Origin: Alistipes sp.
Lineage (GTDB): Bacteria > Bacteroidota > Bacteroidia > Bacteroidales > Rikenellaceae
Length of the DNA: 28,863 nucleotides
Direction: 5' to 3'
NCBI GenBank assembly: GCA_031285485.1
Contig: JAITWC010000023.1
Span: 1 to 28,863 of the forward strand
Part shown: positions 17,971 through 25,048 of the stretch, piece by piece
Position numbering within the stretch: position 1 is the stretch's first letter
Layout: every line of letters begins with the position of its first letter
Translations under genes and position numbers: made by a program
Notes under the pieces: generated by a model
Seen by the model: the letters and a program-made list of their open reading frames with translations, nothing else
Told to the model about the DNA's origin: nothing
Database searches by the model: none

Positions 17971-18792
17971 TTATTTTTGGAGTTTAAGTGCGCTCGGGTA
18001 GACACCGTAGACGTGTACCTGTTCGGTGGCGCGTATCAGCCGTTCGAGGTTTGCCGAGTAGACCTCCAGCGAGGGGAACTCGATGTCGATGTGGAACATG
18101 TAGTGCCACGGTTCGGCGGGGATGGGGTGCGACTGGAGGCGGCTCATGTTCACCCCGTCGAGCACTTCGAGCGCCCTCACGAGCGAGCCCTGCCGGTGGT
18201 CGGTCTTGAAGTAGAGGCTTGCCTTGTCGGCCTTGGTGTCGATGAGCAGGTCCTGCACTTTTATTATCACGAATCGGGTGTAGTTGTTTTTGATGGTGTT
18301 GATGTCGGGCGCTACTATCTCCAGGCCGTAGAGCCTCGCGGCGCTTTCGCCGGCTATCGCGGCGACGTTCTTCTCTCCGCGTTCGGCGACGTCGCGCGCG
18401 CTCAGCGCGGTGTCTTCGCTTTCGACCAGCCGCCAGTCGGGGTGCGTGTCGAGGAAGTTGTGGCACTGCTGGAGGGCCATGGGGTGGCTTTCGACCTCGG
18501 TTATGTCGTCGAGGGTGGTTCCGGGGATCGCCATGAGGTTTTGCACGACGTGTAGGTAGACCTCGCCGGCGACCTGCACCCCGGCCTCCTGCAACAGGCC
18601 GTAGTTCGCGATGATCGTTCCGGCGATTGAGTTCTCGACGGCCATCACGCCGAATGCCGCCTCGCCGCTTTTGGTGCGTCGTGCCACTTCGCGGAACGTT
18701 GCGCACGGCAGCACCTCGATCCCCGTGCCGAAGTACTGTTCGGCGACTATCTGGTGGAAACTGCCCTGGTATCCCTGGATTGCTATTTTCAT
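17971..18792 (-). CDS. pheA: Prephenate dehydratase with ACT domain
   Basis: IAIQGYQGSFH, AVENSIAG, SHPMALQQC, NYTRF, ACT-like SLVRALE..SRLQSHP. Confidence 0.93.
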   Translation of the reverse strand: MKIAIQGYQGSFHQIVAEQYFGTGIEVLPCATFREVARRTKSGEAAFGVMAVENSIAGTIIANYGLLQEAGVQVAGEVYLHVVQNLMAIPGTTLDDITEVESHPMALQQCHNFLDTHPDWRLVESEDTALSARDVAERGEKNVAAIAGESAARLYGLEIVAPDINTIKNNYTRFVIIKVQDLLIDTKADKASLYFKTDHRQGSLVRALEVLDGVNMSRLQSHPIPAEPWHYMFHIDIEFPSLEVYSANLERLIRATEQVHVYGVYPSALKLQK

Positions 18793-18827
18793 GTTTTCGG
18801 TGTGCCGCGCGGTGTCGCGCGACCGTG

Positions 18828-18835
18828 CAAAGATA
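18828..18835 (-). promoter_or_regulatory. -7 promoter box of the pheA operon
   Basis: TATCTTTG(CA) on the minus strand, 35 nt before the ATG. Confidence 0.65.
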
Positions 18836-18888
18836 ATCCATCCGCCCGGAACGGCCTAATTTCCTTTCGGATTTTTTGCGTCGCCGCG

Positions 18889-18919
18889 GTTGCTAATCCG
18901 GAACTATTTATTAGTTTTG
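18889..18919 (+). promoter_or_regulatory. Rightward Bacteroidetes promoter immediately upstream of the first 55-bp hairpin element
   Basis: GTTG (18889-92) - N19 - TAGTTTTG (18912-19). Confidence 0.55.
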
Positions 18920-18926
18920 TGCCGGA

Positions 18927-18981
18927 CTCTCCGCCGGGGCGAGTTGGTTGTGTGGGTTTCCGACGATCCCCGGCGCGAGGG
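18927..18981 (+). repeat. 55-bp bulged-hairpin element, copy 1
   Basis: CTCTCCGCCGGGG - N28 - CCCCGGCGCGAGGG; directly repeated at 20748-20802 and 20820-20874. Confidence 0.9.
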
Positions 18982-18986
18982 TTCGA

Positions 18987-19069
18987 TAGACATCTTCGGC
19001 AAATAGTGTAATGAGGATTGATTTTCAGGCGTATAAATATCTTTAAACCGTATTTATCGAAGAAGCCTA
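18987..19069 (+). repeat. Left 83-bp MITE-like element with its own 19-bp imperfect terminal inverted repeats
   Basis: TAGACATCTTCGGCAAATA ... TATTTATCGAAGAAGCCTA. Confidence 0.8.
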
Positions 19070-19083
19070 TTAAAAAAATGCTG

Positions 19084-19091
19084 TACTTTTG
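19084..19091 (+). promoter_or_regulatory. -7 promoter box for the peptide/lipoprotein unit
   Basis: TACTTTTG(C), 14 nt inside the left element; the expected -33 region overlaps the element's right arm. Confidence 0.5.
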
Positions 19092-19274
19092 CTGAAACAA
19101 ACAAGAAAAGTGTAGATGCCTATGACGAAAAACAGAACCAAACAATGCGAAGAGCATGTTCTCCGACGTTCCGAACGGAACAAAAACGACACCACACCTT
19201 AACTTTAGGGACGTGGAAATATAACCAACAAACTAATTTAAATAGATCGTTTACCAAACTAACACAACAAAAAA

Positions 19275-19553
19275 ATGACAAAGAAAACATTTCTCAGCTT
19301 AGTCGGCGGCGCAGTCGCCATCGTAGCTGTGGCAGGCGTTGCCGTTAACAACGCAAACAGCACTACCAAAATGTCCGACCTCATGATCAAAAACCTTGAG
19401 GCACTGTCCCAGAACGAAGGAGGCAGTGGCGGAGGGTGCGGTTTTGCTGCGTATCAGTATGACGACGATTGGTATGAAGATTCCAAAAATTTCAGGCGGT
19501 GCGGAGATTGCGAATGGGTTAGTGGCACAAAACCGCAGTACACTCAGTGCTAA
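19275..19553 (+). CDS. NVEALA-family small secreted protein (92 aa) with Cys-rich C-terminus
   Basis: KK + hydrophobic N-terminus, SDLMIKNLEALSQNE (NVEALA-like motif), GGSGGG linker, 4 Cys; AT-rich leader. Confidence 0.8.
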   Translation: MTKKTFLSLVGGAVAIVAVAGVAVNNANSTTKMSDLMIKNLEALSQNEGGSGGGCGFAAYQYDDDWYEDSKNFRRCGDCEWVSGTKPQYTQC

Positions 19554-19603
19554 CGCGAAGAGAACGGGAAACCATTCTTTAATATTCTATCAGACGTTGG
19601 GAT

Positions 19604-20635
19604 ATGAAAAACTTGTCGATTTTGGCGTTACTCCTAACGGTAACGATTTTGTTATCGGTAGCATGCGGTGTAAGACGGGAAATAATTTCGCTTGACGCGA
19701 TACCCACAAGAAGTGTGGTTGGTGTACCTTTTGATACATCCCCCGAACTTCTCGCACCACGGCAAATATACGCTACATTAGGTGCAGTCGCTCTGTTTGA
19801 TAGAAACAACAAGAATGGTTTCCTGTCTTTTTTCGACAAGCAAACGGGCGTGCTTCGCCAATCGTGGGGCACAGAGGGAAGGGGGCCCGGTGAATTTATC
19901 CTTCCGCGCATCGTTGCGACACAAAAAGGTTTGACGGTAACATCTGCGGATGCCAATTACAGAAAATTGCGCTTTACTGACTCGCTTGAGATAGCGTTGC
20001 TGGACATGGGAGAATACGAGGAGAAGTTGATCGGCTCCAACTTCCTCTTCATAGTGAATGATTCCCGGGTTATCTCCGTCAAAGAGGGACCTAATCAGTT
20101 GCAAATCCTGAACCTCCAAACGGGCGAGGAGGAGCATGCAAACTACCATCCGCTGAAAATGCCGAGGAACATAGATCCGGTAGCCTTGAACAGCACCGTT
20201 TTTCAAGCCCATTACGCTTACCACGAGGATAGCGAACGGCTGTTTGTAGCATATCAGTATCATCCGATTGCATCTGTGATAGATGCTGCGGGAAACGGTT
20301 TGGTGGGGGAAACGCGGTTCGACTCATTCCGAAACGACATTAAGAAGGATGACCAGGGAGGTTGGGCTTATGTCGACCCAACGCTCGGCTACACCTTTAC
20401 GGCTGTATCTGACAACTTCTTTTATGCGCTCTATCAAGGTTCGAACAGGAAAATATTGAGTGCAAATATTCAAAAATCGGAGATACATAAATACGATATG
20501 TCGGGCCGACTAATTGAACGTATATTAGTTGACGAGCCTGTTTATCACTTCTCCGTCGAACTTGATGACAGTAAGATATACGCCATGTTCCTCGACAGTG
20601 AATTCATCGCCAAAGTTTGTATTTATGACATTTAA
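19604..20635 (+). CDS. Lipoprotein, probably TolB-like/6-bladed beta-propeller (BF3164-like)
   Basis: Lipobox LSVA-C21; GTEGRGPGEFILP motif typical of Bacteroidales 6-blade propeller lipoproteins; DNFFYALY and EIHKYDMSG blades; directly follows the NVEALA gene. Confidence 0.75.
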   Translation: MKNLSILALLLTVTILLSVACGVRREIISLDAIPTRSVVGVPFDTSPELLAPRQIYATLGAVALFDRNNKNGFLSFFDKQTGVLRQSWGTEGRGPGEFILPRIVATQKGLTVTSADANYRKLRFTDSLEIALLDMGEYEEKLIGSNFLFIVNDSRVISVKEGPNQLQILNLQTGEEEHANYHPLKMPRNIDPVALNSTVFQAHYAYHEDSERLFVAYQYHPIASVIDAAGNGLVGETRFDSFRNDIKKDDQGGWAYVDPTLGYTFTAVSDNFFYALYQGSNRKILSANIQKSEIHKYDMSGRLIERILVDEPVYHFSVELDDSKIYAMFLDSEFIAKVCIYDI

Positions 20636-20638
20636 AAC

Positions 20639-20722
20639 CATACTTCTTCGACAAATACCTCGAACAGATATTTGTGTGCCTGAAATTCAATGTCAATTCC
20701 CCGTATTTATCGAAGACGTCTA
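20639..20722 (-). repeat. Right 84-bp MITE-like element, an inverted copy of 18987-19069
   Basis: Reverse complement TAGACGTCTTCGATAAATA..ATTGAATTTCAGGCACACAAATATCT..GTATTTGTCGAAGAAG; starts 3 nt after the lipoprotein stop. Confidence 0.8.
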
Positions 20723-20747
20723 ATGTAGTTTTAAGTAAGGTTAGTGG

Positions 20748-20874
20748 CTCTCAGCCGGGGTGCGTTGTGTGTGGGTAAAGTTTGTCAGCCCCGGCGCGAG
20801 GGTCCCAAGTAGTTAGCGGCTCTCCGCCGGGGTGCGTTGGTGTGTGTAAGGTTCGGCAATCCCCGGCGCGAGGG
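20748..20874 (+). repeat. 55-bp bulged-hairpin element, copies 2 and 3 (72-bp period)
   Basis: CTCTC(A/C)GCCGGGG - N28 - CCCCGGCGCGAGGG at 20748 and 20820, each preceded by GTTAG(T/C)GG. Confidence 0.9.
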
Positions 20875-20891
20875 CCCAAAAAGGGCATTGA

Positions 20892-21068
20892 AAAGTTTCA
20901 CAACCCGGCCCGACCCCTCGGCGGGCATCTTGCAAAGTTTCAGAACCTCCGCAGACCCCTCGGGGGACACCTTGCAAAGTTTCACAACCCCCGCCGACCC
21001 CTCGGCGGACACCTTGCAAAGTTTCAGAACCTCCGCCGACCCATCGGCGGGCGTTTTGCAAAGTTTCA
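20892..21068. repeat. Tandem array D: 4 x 42 bp plus a partial unit, CCGCCGA-CCC(C/A)-TCGGCGG hairpin core, upstream of DUF6261
   Basis: AAAGTTTCA at 20892, 20934, 20976, 21018 and 21060. Confidence 0.95.
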
Positions 21069-21114
21069 GGGCTTCGCCGGCAACACATAAACCAACCCTA
21101 AAACAATTACGGTC

Positions 21115-21831
21115 ATGAAAATCGAAAACATTTACCTCTACCGCCTCCGCAACGACACCCATTTCCAGTTCATGCAGTACGTGGTGGCTCTGGTGAAGGA
21201 GATCGGCGCGGAGGCGCTCAGGGTCGAGGCCCAGATGGCGGCCCTGACGCTGCTCCACTCGCAGGAGGACGAGGCGCTCAAGAAGATCGTCCGCAGCGCC
21301 CTCACCGACGACATCGAGGATGCCGACCACGCGCGCGACGCCGTGTTCCGCGGCCTGTCGGACGCCGTCGTTTCGGCCACCAACCACTACAATCCCATCG
21401 TTGGCGAGGCCGCCCGCCGTCTCCGCATCGTGTTCGACACCTACGGCAACGTGGTGGCCCGAACGCTGGACGACGAGACGAGCGCCATCCACAACCTGCT
21501 GGTGGAGCTGACCACGAAAGGCGCACTGGACGCGGAGACGCTCGACCTCGGCGGATGGATCGGCGAGCTCGACCGGCTCAACCTGGAGGTACAGGGCCTC
21601 ATTCTGAGGCGTGCCGACGAGGAGGCCGAGCGCACGAAGCTGGTACTGCGCACCGTCCGTCTCGAAGTCGACGAGGCGTACCGTATTTTGGTCGAGCGGG
21701 TCGACGCGCTGGCGGTCGTGGATGGCGGCGCGGTGTACGACACGTTCATCTCGCGCCTCAACGAGATCGTCGTCCGCACCCGCGACATCGCCGCGCAGCA
21801 GGCCGGCCGCCGCGAGAAAAAAAAGTTATGA
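21115..21831 (+). CDS. DUF6261 family alpha-helical protein (HagB/HagC-like)
   Basis: RLRNDTHFQF, DHARDAVFRGL and YGNVVARTLDDETSAIHNLL resemble recalled Porphyromonas HagB/DUF6261 motifs (RLQNLEHYRF, DEERDRAYQAL, YGNVIRMNYDKETAAIENFL); no signal peptide. Confidence 0.75.
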   Translation: MKIENIYLYRLRNDTHFQFMQYVVALVKEIGAEALRVEAQMAALTLLHSQEDEALKKIVRSALTDDIEDADHARDAVFRGLSDAVVSATNHYNPIVGEAARRLRIVFDTYGNVVARTLDDETSAIHNLLVELTTKGALDAETLDLGGWIGELDRLNLEVQGLILRRADEEAERTKLVLRTVRLEVDEAYRILVERVDALAVVDGGAVYDTFISRLNEIVVRTRDIAAQQAGRREKKKL

Positions 21832-21903
21832 GTCGGGCTGCGCGCCGCAAACAAAATAACTTATAACTGCAACTTTTACTAACCGTTTAAAATAAAAAAA
21901 ATC

Positions 21904-23406
21904 ATGTTCGACAATTATGAAGTATGGTTCGTGACGGGAGCTCAGCTCCTGTACGGCGGCGACGCGGTCGTCAAGGTGGACGCTCATTCGGGCGCAATGG
22001 TCAAGGGACTCAACGACTCGGGGCGACTGCCCGTCAAGGTGGTGTACAAGGGCACCGTCAACTCGTCGAAAGAGGTGACCGCCGCTTTCAAGGCCGCCAA
22101 CAACGACGACAAATGTATCGGTGTGATCACCTGGATGCACACCTTCTCGCCCGCCAAGATGTGGATCCACGGGTTGCAGGCGCTCAACAAACCGCTGCTC
22201 CACTTCCACACCCAGTTCAACAGCGAGATCCCGTGGGACACGATGGACATGGACTTCATGAACCTCAACCAGAGCGCACACGGCGACCGCAAGTTCGGCC
22301 ACATGGTGACCCGCATGCGCAAGAACCGCAAGGTTGTCGTCGGCCACTGGCAGGACGCCGCCGCGCAGGACAAGATCGCGATCTGGATGAGGGTCGCAGC
22401 CGCGTGGGCCGACTCGCAGGATATGCTGATATTGCGTTTCGGCGACCAGATGAACAACGTGGCCGTTACGGACGGCGACAAGGTGGCCGCCGAACAGGTG
22501 ATGGGCTACCACGTCGACTACTGCCCCGTGAACGACCTGATGAAGTATTACCACGCCGTGAGCGACGCCGACACCAAGGCGCTCGTGGCCGACTACTTCA
22601 AGGAATACGACCACTCGCCCGCGCTCGAAACACCCGGCACCGAGGCTTACACCAAGGTGTGGAACTCGGCAAAGGCGGAGATCGCCCTGCGCCGCCTGCT
22701 CAAGGAGACCGGCGCGAAGGCTTTCACAACGAACTTCAACGACCTGGGCGACTTCGACCAGATCCCGGGCCTGGCGTCGCAGCGCCTGATGAGCGAGGGC
22801 TACGGTTTCGGCGCCGAGGGCGACTGGAAGACCGCCGCGCTGGTCCGCACCACGTGGTTCATGAGCCAGGGCATGCCCAAGGGGTGCTCGTTCCTCGAAG
22901 ACTACACTCTCAACTTCGACGGCGACCGCAGCGCGATCCTTCAGGCCCACATGCTGGAGATCTGCCCGATGATCGCCGCCACCAAACCGCGCCTCGAAGT
23001 TCACCGCCTGTCGATCGGCATCGACAGCGAGACCGCCCGTCTGGTTTTCACCAGCAAGCCCGGCACCGGAACCGCCGCCACGGTGGTCGATCTGGGCAAC
23101 AGGTTCCGCCTGATCGTCAACAAGGTGGAGTGCATCGAGAGCAAGCCGCTGCCCAAACTGCCCGTCGCCAGCGCGCTGTGGATCCCCATGCCCAACCTCG
23201 AAGTGGGCGCCGCGGCGTGGATCCTCGCGGGTGGCACCCACCACACGAGTTTCTCCTACGACCTGACCGTCGAATACTGGGAAGACTGGGCCGACATCGC
23301 CGGCATCGAAATGGTTGTGATCGACGAGGACACCACCATCTCCGGATTCAAGAAGGAGCTGCGCTGCAACGAAGTATACTACATGCTTAACAAGGCACTG
23401 CAATGA
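21904..23406 (+). CDS. araA: L-arabinose isomerase
   Basis: WFVTGAQLLYG, WMHTFSPAKMW, MDFMNLNQSAHG; metal/catalytic motifs GAEGDWK, LEDY, HMLE, GGTHH. Confidence 0.97.
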   Translation: MFDNYEVWFVTGAQLLYGGDAVVKVDAHSGAMVKGLNDSGRLPVKVVYKGTVNSSKEVTAAFKAANNDDKCIGVITWMHTFSPAKMWIHGLQALNKPLLHFHTQFNSEIPWDTMDMDFMNLNQSAHGDRKFGHMVTRMRKNRKVVVGHWQDAAAQDKIAIWMRVAAAWADSQDMLILRFGDQMNNVAVTDGDKVAAEQVMGYHVDYCPVNDLMKYYHAVSDADTKALVADYFKEYDHSPALETPGTEAYTKVWNSAKAEIALRRLLKETGAKAFTTNFNDLGDFDQIPGLASQRLMSEGYGFGAEGDWKTAALVRTTWFMSQGMPKGCSFLEDYTLNFDGDRSAILQAHMLEICPMIAATKPRLEVHRLSIGIDSETARLVFTSKPGTGTAATVVDLGNRFRLIVNKVECIESKPLPKLPVASALWIPMPNLEVGAAAWILAGGTHHTSFSYDLTVEYWEDWADIAGIEMVVIDEDTTISGFKKELRCNEVYYMLNKALQ

Positions 23407-25046
23407 GCAAATACGTTGTAGGACTCGACTATGGCACCGACTCGGCGCGAGCCGTCGTGGTCGATGCCGCGAACGGCGAGACGATCGCCACCGCCGTGAA
23501 ATACTATCCGCGATGGGCCGAGGGAATGTACTGCGACCCCGCCGCCAACCGCTACCGCCAGCACCCGCAGGACTACATCGACGTGCTGGAGGATAGTGTG
23601 CGCGAGGCTCTGGCGGCGTGTCCGGCCGGAACCGCGGAAAAGGTCGTGGGCATCGCCTTCGACACCACCGGCAGCACCCCCGTGTTCACCGACGAGGCGG
23701 GAGTGCCGCTGTCGATGAAGCCGGAGTTCGCCGAGAATCCCAACGCGATGTTCGTGCTGTGGAAAGACCACACGGCGGTGCACGAGGCCGCGGAGATCAA
23801 CCGCGCCTGCGCCGCGTCGAGCGTCGACTACTCGGCCTACGAGGGTGGCATCTACTCCTCGGAATGGTTCTGGGCCAAGGCGCTGCACGTCCTGCGCGAG
23901 GACAAGGAAGTGCGGGAGGCCGCATACAGCCTCGTCGAACACTGCGAGTGGATGCCGGCTCTGCTGACGGGCGCAAAGTCGGCCAAAGACGTTGTTCGCA
24001 GCCGCTGCGCCGAGGGCCACAAAGCCATGTGGCACCCGTCGTGGGGAGGTCTTCCGCCCGAGGAGTTCCTCACGGGGATCGACCCGCTGCTCGCGGGCTA
24101 CCGGGCGAGGCTGTTCACCGACACCGAGACGGCCGACAAACCCGTCGGACGACTCACCGCCGAATGGGCCGGACGCCTGGGCCTGACGACCGAAGTCGTG
24201 GTCGCGGGCGGAGCGTTCGACTGCCACATGGGAGCCGTCGGCGCCGATGTCACGCCGCACACATTCGTGCGGGTGATCGGCACCTCCACCTGCGACATCA
24301 TGGTTGCGAGCCGCGAGGAGGTTGGTGATAAACTCATAAAAGGTATCTGCGGACAGGTCGACGGCTCGGTCATTCCGGGCATGATCGGTCTTGAGGCGGG
24401 GCAGTCGGCTTTCGGCGACATCTACGCCTGGTTCCGCAAGCTGCTCGAATGGCCGCTCAAGGGACTCGACGCCGCCGAGCGCGAACGCATCTCCGAGGGG
24501 TTGATCCCCGCGCTGAGCGAGGCCGCGGCGGAACTGCCCATCGGCGAGGACGCAATAGTTGCCACCGATTGGATGAACGGACGCCGCACCCCCGACGCCA
24601 ACCAGTTGCTGAAAGGCACGATCACCGGATTGACCCTCGGTAGCGACGCTCCGCGGGTGTTCCGCGCACTGGTCGAGGCCACGGCTTTCGGTTCGCGGGC
24701 CATCGTCGAGAGGTTCCGCGGCGAAGGCGTGAGAATCGACAACGTGATCGGCATCGGCGGCATCGCCCTCAAGTCGCCCTTCGTGATGCAGACCCTGAGC
24801 GACGTGCTGGACATGCCCATCAAGGTGTGCCGCACCGATCAGGCTTGCGCTCTCGGGGCCGCCATGTTCGCCGCCACCGCCGCCGGAGTGTATGCGAAGG
24901 TGGAGGACGCCCAGGCCGCCATGTCGTCGGGATTCGCGTCGGAGTACAAGCCCGACGCGAAGAACGCCGCACTCTACCGGGCGCTCTACCGCAAGTACCT
25001 CAAGCTGGGTGCTTTCACCGAGAAGGAACTTTTTAACGAAGCGTAA
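23403..25046 (+). CDS. araB: Ribulokinase (FGGY family)
   Basis: GLDYGTDSAR, DTTGSTP, LWKDHTA, GGIYSSEWFWAK, CAEGHKAMW, GLEAGQSAFGD, DWMNGRRTP; ATGA overlap with araA. Confidence 0.96.
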   Translation: MSKYVVGLDYGTDSARAVVVDAANGETIATAVKYYPRWAEGMYCDPAANRYRQHPQDYIDVLEDSVREALAACPAGTAEKVVGIAFDTTGSTPVFTDEAGVPLSMKPEFAENPNAMFVLWKDHTAVHEAAEINRACAASSVDYSAYEGGIYSSEWFWAKALHVLREDKEVREAAYSLVEHCEWMPALLTGAKSAKDVVRSRCAEGHKAMWHPSWGGLPPEEFLTGIDPLLAGYRARLFTDTETADKPVGRLTAEWAGRLGLTTEVVVAGGAFDCHMGAVGADVTPHTFVRVIGTSTCDIMVASREEVGDKLIKGICGQVDGSVIPGMIGLEAGQSAFGDIYAWFRKLLEWPLKGLDAAERERISEGLIPALSEAAAELPIGEDAIVATDWMNGRRTPDANQLLKGTITGLTLGSDAPRVFRALVEATAFGSRAIVERFRGEGVRIDNVIGIGGIALKSPFVMQTLSDVLDMPIKVCRTDQACALGAAMFAATAAGVYAKVEDAQAAMSSGFASEYKPDAKNAALYRALYRKYLKLGAFTEKELFNEA

Positions 25047-25048
25047 CG

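Larger units (their letters stand above)
18987..20722. mobile_element. Putative composite non-autonomous element or invertible cassette: two inverted ~83-bp palindromic elements enclosing a low-GC two-gene unit
   Basis: Inverted ends (three blocks matching 16/19, 22/26 and 15/16), TA at both outer ends, interior GC ~40-48% in hand-counted samples versus >60% in a hand-counted chromosomal gene; no transposase inside. Confidence 0.55.

Noticed and set aside
18793-18827. Phe/Tyr attenuator leader upstream of pheA
   Set aside because: The leader is only ~35 nt and has no Phe/Tyr-rich peptide or terminator.
19122-19202. 26-codon upstream ORF (MTKNRTKQCEEHVLRRSERNKNDTTP) and small GTTCC-GAAC-GGAAC hairpin in the peptide leader
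   Set aside because: No recognisable motif or attenuator logic; length is compatible with chance.
18927-20874. Integron (attC/CALIN) interpretation of the cassette region
   Set aside because: No RYYYAAC...GTTRRRY pairing around the hairpins, the 83-bp flanks are inverted rather than direct, and there is no integrase. Only the bulged-hairpin analogy is retained.
20782-21118. Repeat-containing ORFs through arrays D and E (also 28491-28847, 28571-28822) and across array B
   Set aside because: 42 bp is 14 codons, so frames stay open on both strands by construction. There is no consistent start context, and the 41-bp arrays show the period is not codon-constrained.
21817-21824. A8 tract at the end of the DUF6261 gene as a phase-variable slippage site
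   Set aside because: It lies in the last codons (KKK), so slippage would alter only the extreme C-terminus.
7298-21888. Shared 9-mer CAACTTTTA upstream of GH51-GH97 (7298-7306, minus) and araA (21880-21888) as an arabinose regulator operator
   Set aside because: A 9-mer match in AT-rich leaders is near chance expectation, it is not palindromic, and it is absent upstream of GH43. A position-weight-matrix scan would be needed.
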